NCBI RefSeq assembly: GCF_018977255.1
Contig: NW_024704742.1
Coordinates: 137,332,001-137,396,000, forward strand
Origin: Callorhinchus milii
Taxonomy: Eukaryota
Reading direction: 5' to 3'
Length of the DNA: 64,000 nucleotides
How positions within the stretch are numbered: the stretch's first letter is position 1; every line of letters starts with the position of its first letter. The notes below the pieces were generated by a model. It had not been told where the DNA came from. It ran no database searches and saw only the letters and a list, made by a program, of their open reading frames with translations. This document shows positions 45,142 through 51,991 of this stretch, piece by piece. Both the position numbers and the translations under genes were made by a program.

Positions 45142-48054
45142 CGCTGTGTCCTGGCGGCAGGAGCTGGGACGGACGCCAACGTGTTCCTCATCGTGTTCGG
45201 GGAGAACGGGGACACGGGCACGCTGGCCCTGAAGGAGTCCAACAACAGCAACAAGTTTGAACGCAAACGGACGGACATCTTCAAGTTCCCGGACATGCTG
45301 AGCCTCGGCAACCTGTCCAAGGTCCGTGTGTGGCACAACAACAAGGGTGAGAGGACAGCCTGGGGGAGGGAGGGGGCGGGGGGGAGGTGGGGAGCGCGAA
45401 GAGCATAGCTCGGGGGGACTGGGTAAGAGCCCAGCTGGGAAGAGGTGGGGGGAGAGACAGGAGTAATGGGGAGCACAAGTTTGGAGGGCTATGGGGAGAG
45501 CGCGGGGGCTCAGTCTCACTGTAACTGAGACCAGGAGGTGTAACGAGGGCAGGTTGACCCTTTTGCCCACTCCCCGTGTGCCCAGGGCTCGCTGCAGGCT
45601 GGCACCTGGAGCTGATTGAGGTGAAGGACGAGGCCATGGACAAGATCTTCCGCTTCCCGTGTGACCGCTGGCTCGCCAAGGACGAGGACGACAGGCAGAT
45701 ACTCCGCGAGCTCGCCTGTGCCAACAACGACATCCTGGATTTAATGGAACGCACACGTAGGTTACACTCTTCTCTCCCCTTCCTCACTCTCTCTATTCCT
45801 CCCTTCCTCTCCCACTCCCTCTCCGACTCCCCCTCCCTCCCTCAATTCCTCCCTCTCACCCTCCCTTCCTCCTTCTGTCCCTCCCTCCCTCCTCTCCCAC
45901 ACTTCCTCACTTGCGCTCTCTCTTCCCCCACCCCCTCACCTCCCTTCCTCCCTCCATCCCTCTCTCCCTGCTCCTCTCTGACTCTCTCCATCCCCTTCTT
46001 TCACTGTCTACTGTGTGATCTACTGTTTGATGGCTTTGAGACACTATCTTGGGAGAAAGGTGCTGTATAAATGCTTGTTGTTGTTGTTGTTGTTTGTTTG
46101 TTGTTGACCCGTGGCTCCTGGTTTACCAGGCTCCTGGGCAGTGATCCTGGAGTCTGGCTGATGTCTCTCCCGCCTTTCTCCAAGGCTACGAGATCCGAAC
46201 CAAAACCAGCGACAGAGATGACGCTGAGTCCAAGGAGAACGTCTGGATGGTCCTCGAGGGCAAGAAGGGACGATCCAAGGAATTTATGCTGGAAAACTCC
46301 ACCAAGAGGAAGAAGTTCCTGAGGTAACATGAGACTAGCTGCTCTACAGAGCTCTACAAAGATTCCACCCCCATATATAACGCTGGCAACGCTTACACAA
46401 ACCACGTGTCTGTCAAGTAACCCTCCATCTCCTTGAGGGGAAGGTAAGTGGAGAGCTGAACTGAATGTCAGAATGGATCCACCCCTCTGTGGGGGTCTCG
46501 AGTCCGGTTCCTGGGCCAGGCTGGTCCGCAGTCCAGATTAGAGCGTTCACCTCGAAACTGAGACGACCCAGGATTGATTTCCAGGTGAAACTTTAGGCAA
46601 GTTTCCTTACTACACCCGCCTCTGTTTACGTAGCAGTAAGTAATAACCCGGTTGTTAGTCAATTGGTGAATCGCTTTCGGGGGAAAACAATCTCTTCAAA
46701 CAAATATTGGTCACTCAATCCATGACTGCTCGTGGGACACTGGGTGCTGCGTTTCGGCCACAAAATACACAGCGCTTTAAGATGTTTCAACGGCGAGATG
46801 CAGCGCTACATCAGATGCAAGGATTATTAGTAATGATAGTATGAAATTTTGTGGTTATAAAGCCATTATTATTATTATTATTATTATATGCTCACAGGGG
46901 GGCCATAGATAAGTTTGAGTTTTCCTCCAAGAACGTGGGTGACATCGCCACGGTGTGTGTCGGCCACTGCCCGCGGGACGGCAAGAAGGTCACGGCCAAG
47001 AGCCACGCTCACTGGCATGTGGCTGAGATTGTGGTCACCGAGATGGAGGTCGGCAACAGGTAACTTGGGGGAGATGGAGGAGGGGCAGCTGTGTGGCTCT
47101 GTGTCTCTCCCCAGTCACTGTGTGGCTCTGTGTCTCTCCTCAGTCACTGTGTGGCTCTGTGTCTCTCCCCCCAGTCACTGTGTGGCTCTGTGTCTCTCCC
47201 CAGTCACTGTGTGGCTCTGTGTCTCTCCCCAGTCACTGTGTGGCTCTGTGTCTCTCCCCAGTCAATGTGTGGCTCTGTGTCTCTCTCCCCAGTCACCGTG
47301 TGACTCTCTCTCCCGGGTCACTGTGTGACTCTGTGTCTGTCTCTCTCCCCAGTTATTGTGTGACGCTGTGTCTCTCCCCCCAGTCACTGTGTGACTCTGT
47401 GTCTCTCTCCCCCCAGTCACTGTGTGGCTCTATGTCTCCCTCCCAGTTGCTGTATGACTCTCTCCCTGGTCGCTGTGACTCTCTCCCTGGTCGCTGCGAC
47501 TCTCTCCCTGGTCGCTGTGACTCTCTCCCTGGTCGCTGTGTCTCTCTCCCTGGTCGCTGTGTCTCCCTTTCAGGTATGTGTTTGAGTGTAACAGTCGGGT
47601 GACCCTAAGCCACCGGAGGGACGACTTCAAAGCCTTCGAGTGCACCAAGATGGTGGAGAGCTTCGCCAGCAAGGTCCGCAACCTGGTGCCGGTGAAATAC
47701 GAGATCATCGTGGTGACGGGGGACGTGAAGGGCGCGGGGACAGATGCCAACGTCTTTCTGACCATCTACGGCACCAACGGCAACTCCGGCTGCCGGCAGC
47801 TCAAGCAGAAGTTCCGGAACCTGTTTGAGCGCGGACGGACAGACCGCTTCCTGCTGGAGATGCTGGACCTGGGCGAGCTTTACCGTCTCCGGGCCGAGCA
47901 GGACGGGGGAGGACACGCGGCCGGGTGGCTGCTGGAGCGCATGGAGATCACAAACATCGCCACCGGCGTCAGCACCATCTTCCCTTGCGGCAAGTGGCTG
48001 GACAGCAAGAGAGGCGACGGCAGGACCTTTCGGGAAATCTACCCTAAATTTTAA
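538..48054 (+). CDS. LOXHD1: Lipoxygenase homology PLAT-domain protein 1 (LOXHD1 family), whole gene span, 41 coding exons, ~2338 aa
   Basis: Repeated PLAT signatures ([14 protein letters not shown]...YG..GDTGER, KFERG..D.F, IGHDN...GW.L..V, FPC.RWL..EDDG...REL). The exons join in frame with matching phases and sum to 7017 nt, ending at TAA. The domain order follows human LOXHD1 as recalled. Ortholog versus paralog is not resolved. Confidence 0.95.
1128..1510 (-). mobile_element. tRNA-derived SINE (family A, long form) with (ATT)n tail
   Basis: Reverse complement has A/B boxes (GTAGTGGTTA / GGTTTGATTCCC), a conserved core (GTGTGCAATTGGCTGC) and an L2-like tail ATCAAATGCAAGGATTATT. More than 20 full or partial copies in the window, e.g. 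~4075-4380(-), 24413-24830, 30775-31087, 39245-39600, 40489-40957, 43160-43480, 48100-48460, 55740-56063(-). Confidence 0.85.
3208..3680 (+). mobile_element. tRNA-derived SINE family B (resembles the shark DeuSINE SacSINE1)
   Basis: CAGCCTGGCTCAGTGGTAG head, GGGTTCAAACCC B box, TTAAACCGAGGTCCCGTCTG..GTCCTGGCCAA body and a 3' core shared with family A. Other copies at ~1882-2225, 4388-4855, 17075-17740, 23720-24115, 35130-35615. Confidence 0.75.
5642..5756 (+). CDS. LOXHD1: LOXHD1 exon 2
   Basis: cag|(V)[38 protein letters not shown]|gtaagt. Confidence 0.93.
6500..7000 (+). mobile_element. L2-clade LINE 3' fragment (decayed ORF2 C-terminus)
   Basis: [25 protein letters not shown]...[19 protein letters not shown]. 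Related fragments at ~7770-8240, 22600-23045, 24870-25200, 33000-33530(-), 37690-38020(-), 43490-44040(-). Confidence 0.8.
10653..10733 (+). CDS. LOXHD1: LOXHD1 exon 3
   Basis: cag|[27 protein letters not shown]|gtgtgt. Confidence 0.92.
11299..11357. promoter_or_regulatory. Two RFX X-box motifs
   Basis: GTTTCCATGGTAAC (11299-11312) and ATTGCCATAGTAAC (11344-11357) versus consensus GTTNCCATGGNAAC. Confidence 0.5.
11382..11566 (+). CDS. LOXHD1: LOXHD1 exon 4
   Basis: cag|[37 protein letters not shown]...NPMDVPK|gtgagt. Confidence 0.93.
11600..12587. repeat. (CCCAA/CCCAG)n pentanucleotide satellite
   Basis: About 1 kb of degenerate 5-mer repeats, seen directly. Confidence 0.92.
12889..12987 (+). 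CDS. LOXHD1: LOXHD1 exon 5
   Basis: cag|[32 protein letters not shown]|gtaaaa. Confidence 0.92.
13812..13960 (+). CDS. LOXHD1: LOXHD1 exon 6
   Basis: cag|[49 protein letters not shown]|gtttgt. Confidence 0.93.
14272..14395 (+). CDS. LOXHD1: LOXHD1 exon 7
   Basis: tag|[41 protein letters not shown]|gtgagc. Confidence 0.93.
14993..15870 (-). mobile_element. CR1-clade LINE 3' fragment
   Basis: Minus-strand [22 protein letters not shown] (CR1 ORF2 C-terminus) and a TTCTATGATTCTATGA tail. Confidence 0.82.
16018..16268 (+). CDS. LOXHD1: LOXHD1 exon 8
   Basis: cag|[23 protein letters not shown]...[11 protein letters not shown]...[25 protein letters not shown]|gtgaga. Confidence 0.94.
16595..16730 (+). 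CDS. LOXHD1: LOXHD1 exon 9 (ends at a GC donor)
   Basis: cag|[46 protein letters not shown]|gcaagt; only the GC donor keeps frame with exon 10. Confidence 0.88.
17133..17465 (+). mobile_element. Young family-A SINE (short subfamily, tRNA-Ala-like head) nested in a family-B SINE
   Basis: Near-identical to the copies at 19370, 36868, 56579 and 60455(-); anticodon-like loop TTTGCAA; flanked by a TAAGC direct repeat. Confidence 0.88.
17745..18432. repeat. (CT)n-CCGGYGA compound minisatellite
   Basis: Repeated ctctctctcccggtga units ending just before the exon 10 acceptor. Confidence 0.9.
18455..18615 (+). CDS. LOXHD1: LOXHD1 exon 10
   Basis: cag|(K)[53 protein letters not shown]|gtgtgt. Confidence 0.92.
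18638..18752. repeat. 14-bp minisatellite (CACCCCGAGCGTGT)n
   Basis: About 7-8 tandem copies just after the exon 10 donor. Confidence 0.88.
19018..19104 (+). CDS. LOXHD1: LOXHD1 exon 11
   Basis: cag|[29 protein letters not shown]|gtatgt. Confidence 0.92.
19370..19690 (+). mobile_element. Young family-A SINE
   Basis: GTGGAGTCCTGTAGCTCAGTGGTTAGAGC...GGATTATTATT; near-identical to the 17133 copy. Confidence 0.88.
19827..20540 (-). mobile_element. Probable solo LTR
   Basis: AT-rich 714-bp block. On the minus strand it starts GTAGTGGG, has a TATA-like TATTTATAAG and AATAAA signals, and ends CCCTTACA. Confidence 0.5.
20832..20967 (+). CDS. LOXHD1: LOXHD1 exon 12
   Basis: cag|[45 protein letters not shown]|gtgagt. 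Confidence 0.92.
21138..21728. repeat. (GAT/GTT)n trinucleotide expansion
   Basis: Seen directly; produces poly-D/V and poly-M/L pseudo-ORFs. Confidence 0.93.
21738..21892 (+). CDS. LOXHD1: LOXHD1 exon 13
   Basis: cag|(V)[51 protein letters not shown]|gtgagt. Confidence 0.92.
22246..22406 (+). CDS. LOXHD1: LOXHD1 exon 14
   Basis: cag|[54 protein letters not shown]|gtctgt. Confidence 0.92.
23200..23485. repeat. ~22-bp minisatellite (ACACAGTAAATACACCTTATAC)n
   Basis: About a dozen degenerate tandem copies. Confidence 0.8.
24160..24236 (+). CDS. LOXHD1: LOXHD1 exon 15
   Basis: cag|[25 protein letters not shown]|gtgagt. Confidence 0.9.
25228..25424 (+). CDS. LOXHD1: LOXHD1 exon 16
   Basis: cag|[32 protein letters not shown]...[19 protein letters not shown]|gtaggt. 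Confidence 0.92.
25807..25999 (+). CDS. LOXHD1: LOXHD1 exon 17
   Basis: tag|[41 protein letters not shown]...[12 protein letters not shown]|gtgagg. Confidence 0.92.
26055..26793 (+). repeat. ~66-bp minisatellite (family M)
   Basis: About 11 copies of CCCCACTGGAGCTCTCTACTCTAACCCCATTCGCTGCTCTCTCCCCATCGTGTCTGTGCTGGTGCTCGCT. Confidence 0.92.
26933..27093 (+). CDS. LOXHD1: LOXHD1 exon 18
   Basis: cag|[53 protein letters not shown]|gtgggt. Confidence 0.92.
27533..27842 (+). CDS. LOXHD1: LOXHD1 exon 19 (PLAT half with a short K/E insert)
   Basis: cag|[18 protein letters not shown]...[20 protein letters not shown]...[29 protein letters not shown]|gtgtgg. Confidence 0.9.
28372..28523 (+). CDS. LOXHD1: LOXHD1 exon 20
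   Basis: cag|[50 protein letters not shown]|gttcgc. Confidence 0.92.
28799..28932 (+). CDS. LOXHD1: LOXHD1 exon 21
   Basis: tag|[44 protein letters not shown]|gtgagt. Confidence 0.91.
29467..29606 (+). CDS. LOXHD1: LOXHD1 exon 22
   Basis: cag|[46 protein letters not shown]|gtcagg. Confidence 0.91.
30205..30309 (+). CDS. LOXHD1: LOXHD1 exon 23
   Basis: cag|[34 protein letters not shown]|gtacat. Confidence 0.91.
31144..31272 (+). CDS. LOXHD1: LOXHD1 exon 24
   Basis: cag|[42 protein letters not shown]|gtgagt. Confidence 0.92.
32088..32252 (+). CDS. LOXHD1: LOXHD1 exon 25
   Basis: cag|[54 protein letters not shown]|gtaagt. Confidence 0.92.
32671..32852 (+). CDS. LOXHD1: LOXHD1 exon 26
   Basis: tag|[60 protein letters not shown]|gtgagt. 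Confidence 0.92.
33532..34057. repeat. 30-bp near-perfect minisatellite (GGCAGGGAGGCAGGCTGGCACGGTGTGACT)n
   Basis: About 17 tandem copies with few variant positions. Confidence 0.95.
34330..34446 (+). CDS. LOXHD1: LOXHD1 exon 27
   Basis: cag|[39 protein letters not shown]|gtgagg. Confidence 0.92.
34948..35110 (+). CDS. LOXHD1: LOXHD1 exon 28
   Basis: cag|[28 protein letters not shown]...DVEEPLE|gtgagt. Confidence 0.92.
36019..36173 (+). CDS. LOXHD1: LOXHD1 exon 29
   Basis: cag|[51 protein letters not shown]|gtcagt. Confidence 0.93.
36190..36540. repeat. (GGGGTCTGGGGTTAGAGAGAGAGA)n minisatellite
   Basis: Degenerate tandem copies filling intron 29. Confidence 0.85.
36608..36817 (+). CDS. 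LOXHD1: LOXHD1 exon 30
   Basis: cag|[37 protein letters not shown]...[23 protein letters not shown]|gtacat. Confidence 0.92.
36868..37185 (+). mobile_element. Young family-A SINE
   Basis: Same subfamily; fills most of LOXHD1 intron 30. Confidence 0.87.
37220..37331 (+). CDS. LOXHD1: LOXHD1 exon 31 (linker)
   Basis: cag|[37 protein letters not shown]|gtgagt; phases 0/1 bridge exons 30 and 32. Confidence 0.85.
37365..37650. repeat. (AAC/AGT/AAT)n low-complexity repeat
   Basis: Seen directly. Confidence 0.85.
38861..39069 (+). CDS. LOXHD1: LOXHD1 exon 32
   Basis: tag|[28 protein letters not shown]...[24 protein letters not shown]|gtagga. Confidence 0.92.
39752..39937 (+). CDS. LOXHD1: LOXHD1 exon 33
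   Basis: cag|[25 protein letters not shown]...[31 protein letters not shown]|gtgggt. Confidence 0.93.
40300..40427 (+). CDS. LOXHD1: LOXHD1 exon 34
   Basis: cag|[43 protein letters not shown]|gtgggt. Confidence 0.92.
40725..41097. repeat. 136-bp near-perfect inverted repeat with a 101-bp spacer
   Basis: 40725-40860 is the reverse complement of 40962-41097 with one mismatch. Confidence 0.92.
41474..41591 (+). CDS. LOXHD1: LOXHD1 exon 35
   Basis: aag|[39 protein letters not shown]|gtgagc; weak acceptor. Confidence 0.88.
42916..43093 (+). CDS. LOXHD1: LOXHD1 exon 36
   Basis: tag|[59 protein letters not shown]|gtcaga. Confidence 0.9.
44610..45020 (-). mobile_element. Unclassified poly(A)-tailed retroposon 3' fragment (family C)
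   Basis: About 12 copies; the least deleted share the 3' end ...GTCAGACACCCGGCTGA(G/C)C + A-rich tail and have variable 5' truncation. Copies at ~5090-5335(+), 10870-11216(+), 14470-14735(-), 29055-29390(+), 31335-31620(-), 34574-34853(-), 44100-44463(+), 49000-49580(-), 52490-52990(-). Confidence 0.7.
45161..45346 (+). CDS. LOXHD1: LOXHD1 exon 37
   Basis: cag|[61 protein letters not shown]|gtgaga. Confidence 0.94.
45586..45756 (+). CDS. LOXHD1: LOXHD1 exon 38
   Basis: cag|[56 protein letters not shown]|gtaggt. Confidence 0.92.
46185..46323 (+). CDS. LOXHD1: LOXHD1 exon 39
   Basis: aag|[46 protein letters not shown]|gtaaca. Confidence 0.9.
46898..47059 (+). CDS. LOXHD1: LOXHD1 exon 40
   Basis: cag|[54 protein letters not shown]|gtaact. 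Confidence 0.91.
47088..47568. repeat. ~29-bp and 21-bp minisatellites filling LOXHD1 intron 40
   Basis: (CCCAGTCACTGTGTGGCTCTGTGTCTCTC)n then (CTCTCTCCCTGGTCGCTGTGA)n. Confidence 0.88.
47574..48054 (+). CDS. LOXHD1: LOXHD1 exon 41 (last PLAT repeat and stop)
   Basis: cag|YVFECNS...[33 protein letters not shown]...[24 protein letters not shown]. Confidence 0.94.
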
Positions 48055-50532
48055 CGCATTCCGGGCGCTTGGCGGAGAGATACTGTCGAGCACAGTGACT
48101 GTCGAGTCCTGTAGTGTAGTGGTTAGCGCGATCGTCTCGCAAGCGAGAGGACCTGGGTTTGATTCCCAGGCAGGGCCAATCCTTAGGAAAGTTCGTTACT
48201 CCACAACTCTGCAGTAGGTAGGAACCCGGTTGTTAGTCGATTGGCGGATCACTTTCCAGAGATAATAATCACTCCCAAGAAAAATGGATCTGGTCACTCA
48301 ATCCACGAGTGTTTGTGGGACGCTGCTGTGCGCAATCGGCTGCCCCGTTTCGCCCACAAATATGCAGTCAATTCACTTTACAGTGTATTCTGTGAGATGC
48401 TTTGAGATGTCTCGACGATGCGATCAGACGCCACATCGAATGCAAGGATTATTATTTATTTGGAGGCGAACGGGGCGGCCATTTTGCACTGACAACTGTG
48501 AAGTGGCAACTGTGGCTGATTTATTTGGGGGACTGTCGGCCAGGACACCGGGAGAGAGAAAGTCCCTCTTTTCCCCAAAGTGCCGCAGGAGATCTTTAAC
48601 GTCCGCTTGAAACATCCCACCTGACAGGTGATTCCTTATCGACTGGGCCCTAAGAGCAGGCGAGCGAGGTGTCTGTGTTAGTGAGGCCATCGCAGTCTCT
48701 GGTCCCCATAGACTAGTCTTTCTTACTGTGAATTGTTGCCAATTTATTGCTTTGCTGGGGTTGGGTTGGGTTGCGTTGGGTTGGGGGTGCGGGGTGTCAC
48801 GTGCAACAAATAGGACCAGCCGTCGGCGTCACTTGATCACACGCTGGTGACATCAGAGAGAAATGGTTACCAGTGCCATCATCGGGAGCTGGGAATTGCC
48901 TGGAGTTCTCCGGATTCCCGGCCATTGGAATCAGAAGCCCAATGGGACTCGGCGGCAAACAGGACTCAGTCCACAGGATCACCAGAGCATTTGTTTATTT
49001 TTTGGTTAGCCGGGTGTCTGACACCTAAACACATCTAAACCCATCACCTCACCTTCACGACCCTCCACGGCCTCGCTCCTTCCTACCTCTGTGACCTGCT
49101 AACGCCATAACAACCTGTCCACTCCCTCCGCTCACCAGGCTCCAGCCTGCTCCACGTCCCCAGTCCGGCCCTCCCCACCATTGGCGGTCGGGCTATCGGC
49201 CTCTTTGTCTCCATCCCCCAGTCCCTTCGTCTTGCCCCCTCCCTCGTTCTTCAAGGCTCGTCTCAAGAACACCCTCTTTGACACACCTTTGGTCACCATC
49301 CTGCTCTTACCCTCCCTCACCTCCTGAGCCCAACTCCAGCTCGGGTACAAATTCCTGACTGTCCAGCGCCTTGGGACATCCCCCCGACGTGAAAGGCGCC
49401 GTGTAAATTGTTGTGTGATTGAGTCTCCAAACCAATCAGAAACCTACCAACGCATGGAAATCCCAGGGATAGATTGTTGCGCTCTCTCACTCTCTCCCTG
49501 GATGAAAGCAAATCCTGCTTACCCAATCCCAAAAAGTATTAGGCGAAGGTTGGCAAGAGCCAAGGCTTGGGGACCCCAGAGTTTGAATGAATGAATGGAA
49601 AAATTAAGGCCCATCTCCCCCCCCCCATCTCTCTCTGTCATTTTCATTACTATTTCCTTCTAGAGGTATTGCTGTTCACAGGGTCAGTGACCCCCGCCCC
49701 CCCACCCCAAACCATCCAATGTACAAGCTGAATCATTGGCCACGGATTATGGGGGCATGAGGGGGACATTGGTAATCGGCATGTCCTGCCCTCTTTCCGT
49801 GCAATTTACCACGGAGGGGGAAGGTGGGCCGAGACTGAGGAGAACTTGGCAGTGATTGATTAGCAGGAGATGATGGGATGGATTTGGGGAAGCATTTGTA
49901 GGATACTGATGGTGAGTGAACCTCCCAAACCACACACAGTGTCAGACAGGAGCAGAGCATCACTGCAGTGACCACATTGCCTTGTCCTCAGGCCTCAGAC
50001 CCCCAACCCCTCCACCCCCCGACACTAACACAGTGGTTGGGTCTAATCACCCCTGGCCACAGCCAAAGGCTCTGCCAATCTGTGGAGGGATACCTCATGA
50101 AATAGTAATGTAACCCAGTCACTTTAGTTATCAATAAGCCCGACTGTGTTTATTGATCAGCAGTAGGGGGCACCTGTTTATTGATTGCAACTGGGGGTCA
50201 GGGTTGCCCCCAAAATGGCCTCCAACATCAGACAGATACCGAGGACGGGAAATATTAAAGGGGGGTGGGGCGGTGTATATGTCTGAGTGCTGGGGAAAGA
50301 GGAATTAGACTGGGGTCATGGGGAGGGGGCCCCAAAAATTCAGTGGCAGCATTTTCCCTGCAGTTAGGGCTCCCCACCCACCACCCAACAGCTAAGGGAA
50401 CCATCCCAGAGGCTTCCCGCCCACCCCCGCCCCCCCACCTTGTGCCACAGGGCTGCTCAGCCGGCGCGTGTGACAAATGTGTGACAAGTGTTATATCGAA
50501 GCCTCGTCTGCGACCACAGACGTACCCCAAGA

Positions 50533-50538
50533 AATAAA
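50533..50538 (+). terminator. Candidate LOXHD1 polyadenylation signal AATAAA
   Basis: AATAAA followed by T-rich sequence about 2.5 kb after the stop codon. Confidence 0.45.
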
Positions 50539-50954
50539 ACCTTCCATTTTTTTAAACTATATTTTTTATTGGACGTTTATTCTCATTGCCCTTCCCTTCT
50601 CGTCCCTCGGTGAAGGGGGAGAAGAGAGGAGGGAGGGGAGCAGGGGGTGGGGGGGGGGGGGGGGGGAGGCTGAATCAACTGGGAGGTTTGAAAAGGAGAT
50701 ATATATATAATAATGAACCACCTCTCCCCCCCATCACCCCCCCACCATCTTGTGTCTTAACGGGGAACAGAGGCCACTCCATCCCAGCCACACACGCATG
50801 CAATTACTCACACACACGCACCAACACTCATACACACACACCTGTATCCTGCGAAGCGCTTTTGAGACGTCTCAACGGCGTGATAAGGCGCTGTATCAAA
50901 TGCAATAATGTTATTACTATACAGACGGAGAGAAGCGGGAGCCAGTGAGCAGCT

Positions 50955-50960
50955 TTTATT
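50955..50960 (-). terminator. Candidate RNF165-like polyadenylation signal
   Basis: Minus-strand AATAAA (tttatt on +) at the end of a non-repetitive AT-rich 3'UTR; alternatives at 50565 and 50577. Confidence 0.45.
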
Positions 50961-51873
50961 AGTATTTTTTATTAGCATCAGCAGCATCGCCAGGCAGGGA
51001 CCAGGATCTGACGATGATCACCGATGAACTTTTTCATCTGATAAACCAACAGAATAAATACTTTATAAAATATTCCACTCGCATGACCCCCGGCGACAGG
51101 GCCTCTCGCACAGCCAGGCACTTAAATGGACAGACACATCCGGGGGGGTGGCGGGAGAGAGACAATATAACATGGTGGAGGGGGCGGGCGGGCGGGGGGG
51201 GAGGGGGGGGTGGTTTTGGGAGTAAGGTTGAAAATTTTGTTCGCTTGCTCTGTGTCTGCGGACACAGTGACCGTAGACGTTTCAATCGTAAGAAAAAGAA
51301 AATTCCTCCGCACCTAAAATACATCGAGATCCTTCACTTGGCTTTTTAATAAAACATTTTCCAGTGGTCGCACCTGAATGAATAAATAAATACATAAATA
51401 AACAGATCGCAAAGAAAAAATATAAAACCTCCGCTTGAAAATGAAATCCAGTCCCTACAGCGTTAGCAATAAATAGTGATTGTTGAAGAAAATATTTAAG
51501 GCCTCTGAGATGATTCACATCCGAATGTTCTGTGGTGTAGTGACTGTGCAGGTCAACATGGAAGCCAATTTGCAATTGGTCTCGACCCTCTCCCCGCCCT
51601 CCCCGACCCCTACACCATGTGCAAATCATGGGTAAAGCCATGTGTAAACACTACGCTCTAATGCACCGTGTGTAAACCATGTGCAAACATGGGTTTAACA
51701 ATACTTTAGAAGACAATAAATTGACACCATTATTCGGGAATCCAGTCTCTCCCAGCCTCAAGCCCAGTGAGCTGGGATCCAACGGGAAGACTCCGAGGTG
51801 AAGTAGCCGTGCGGAGAGAAGGGAAAAGGCCACAGGAAGAGATAGAGGAGGGAGGGATGGAGCAGCGCGTCCA

Positions 51874-51991
51874 TCAGCTGTCCCCCAGCAGTTGGGTCTG
51901 GATGTCCAGCCTGCAGAGCGGGCACTTACTGCTGGTTTCCAACCACTGGTCCACACAGGTCTGGTGAAACACGTGCATACATGGCAGCCGC
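51874..51991 (-). CDS. RNF165: RNF165-like exon 8 (RING C-terminal half and stop)
   Basis: cag|[38 protein letters not shown]. Confidence 0.92.

Noticed and set aside
538..48054. LOXHD1 pseudogene
   Set aside because: All 41 exons join without stops or frameshifts once the GC donor is accepted.
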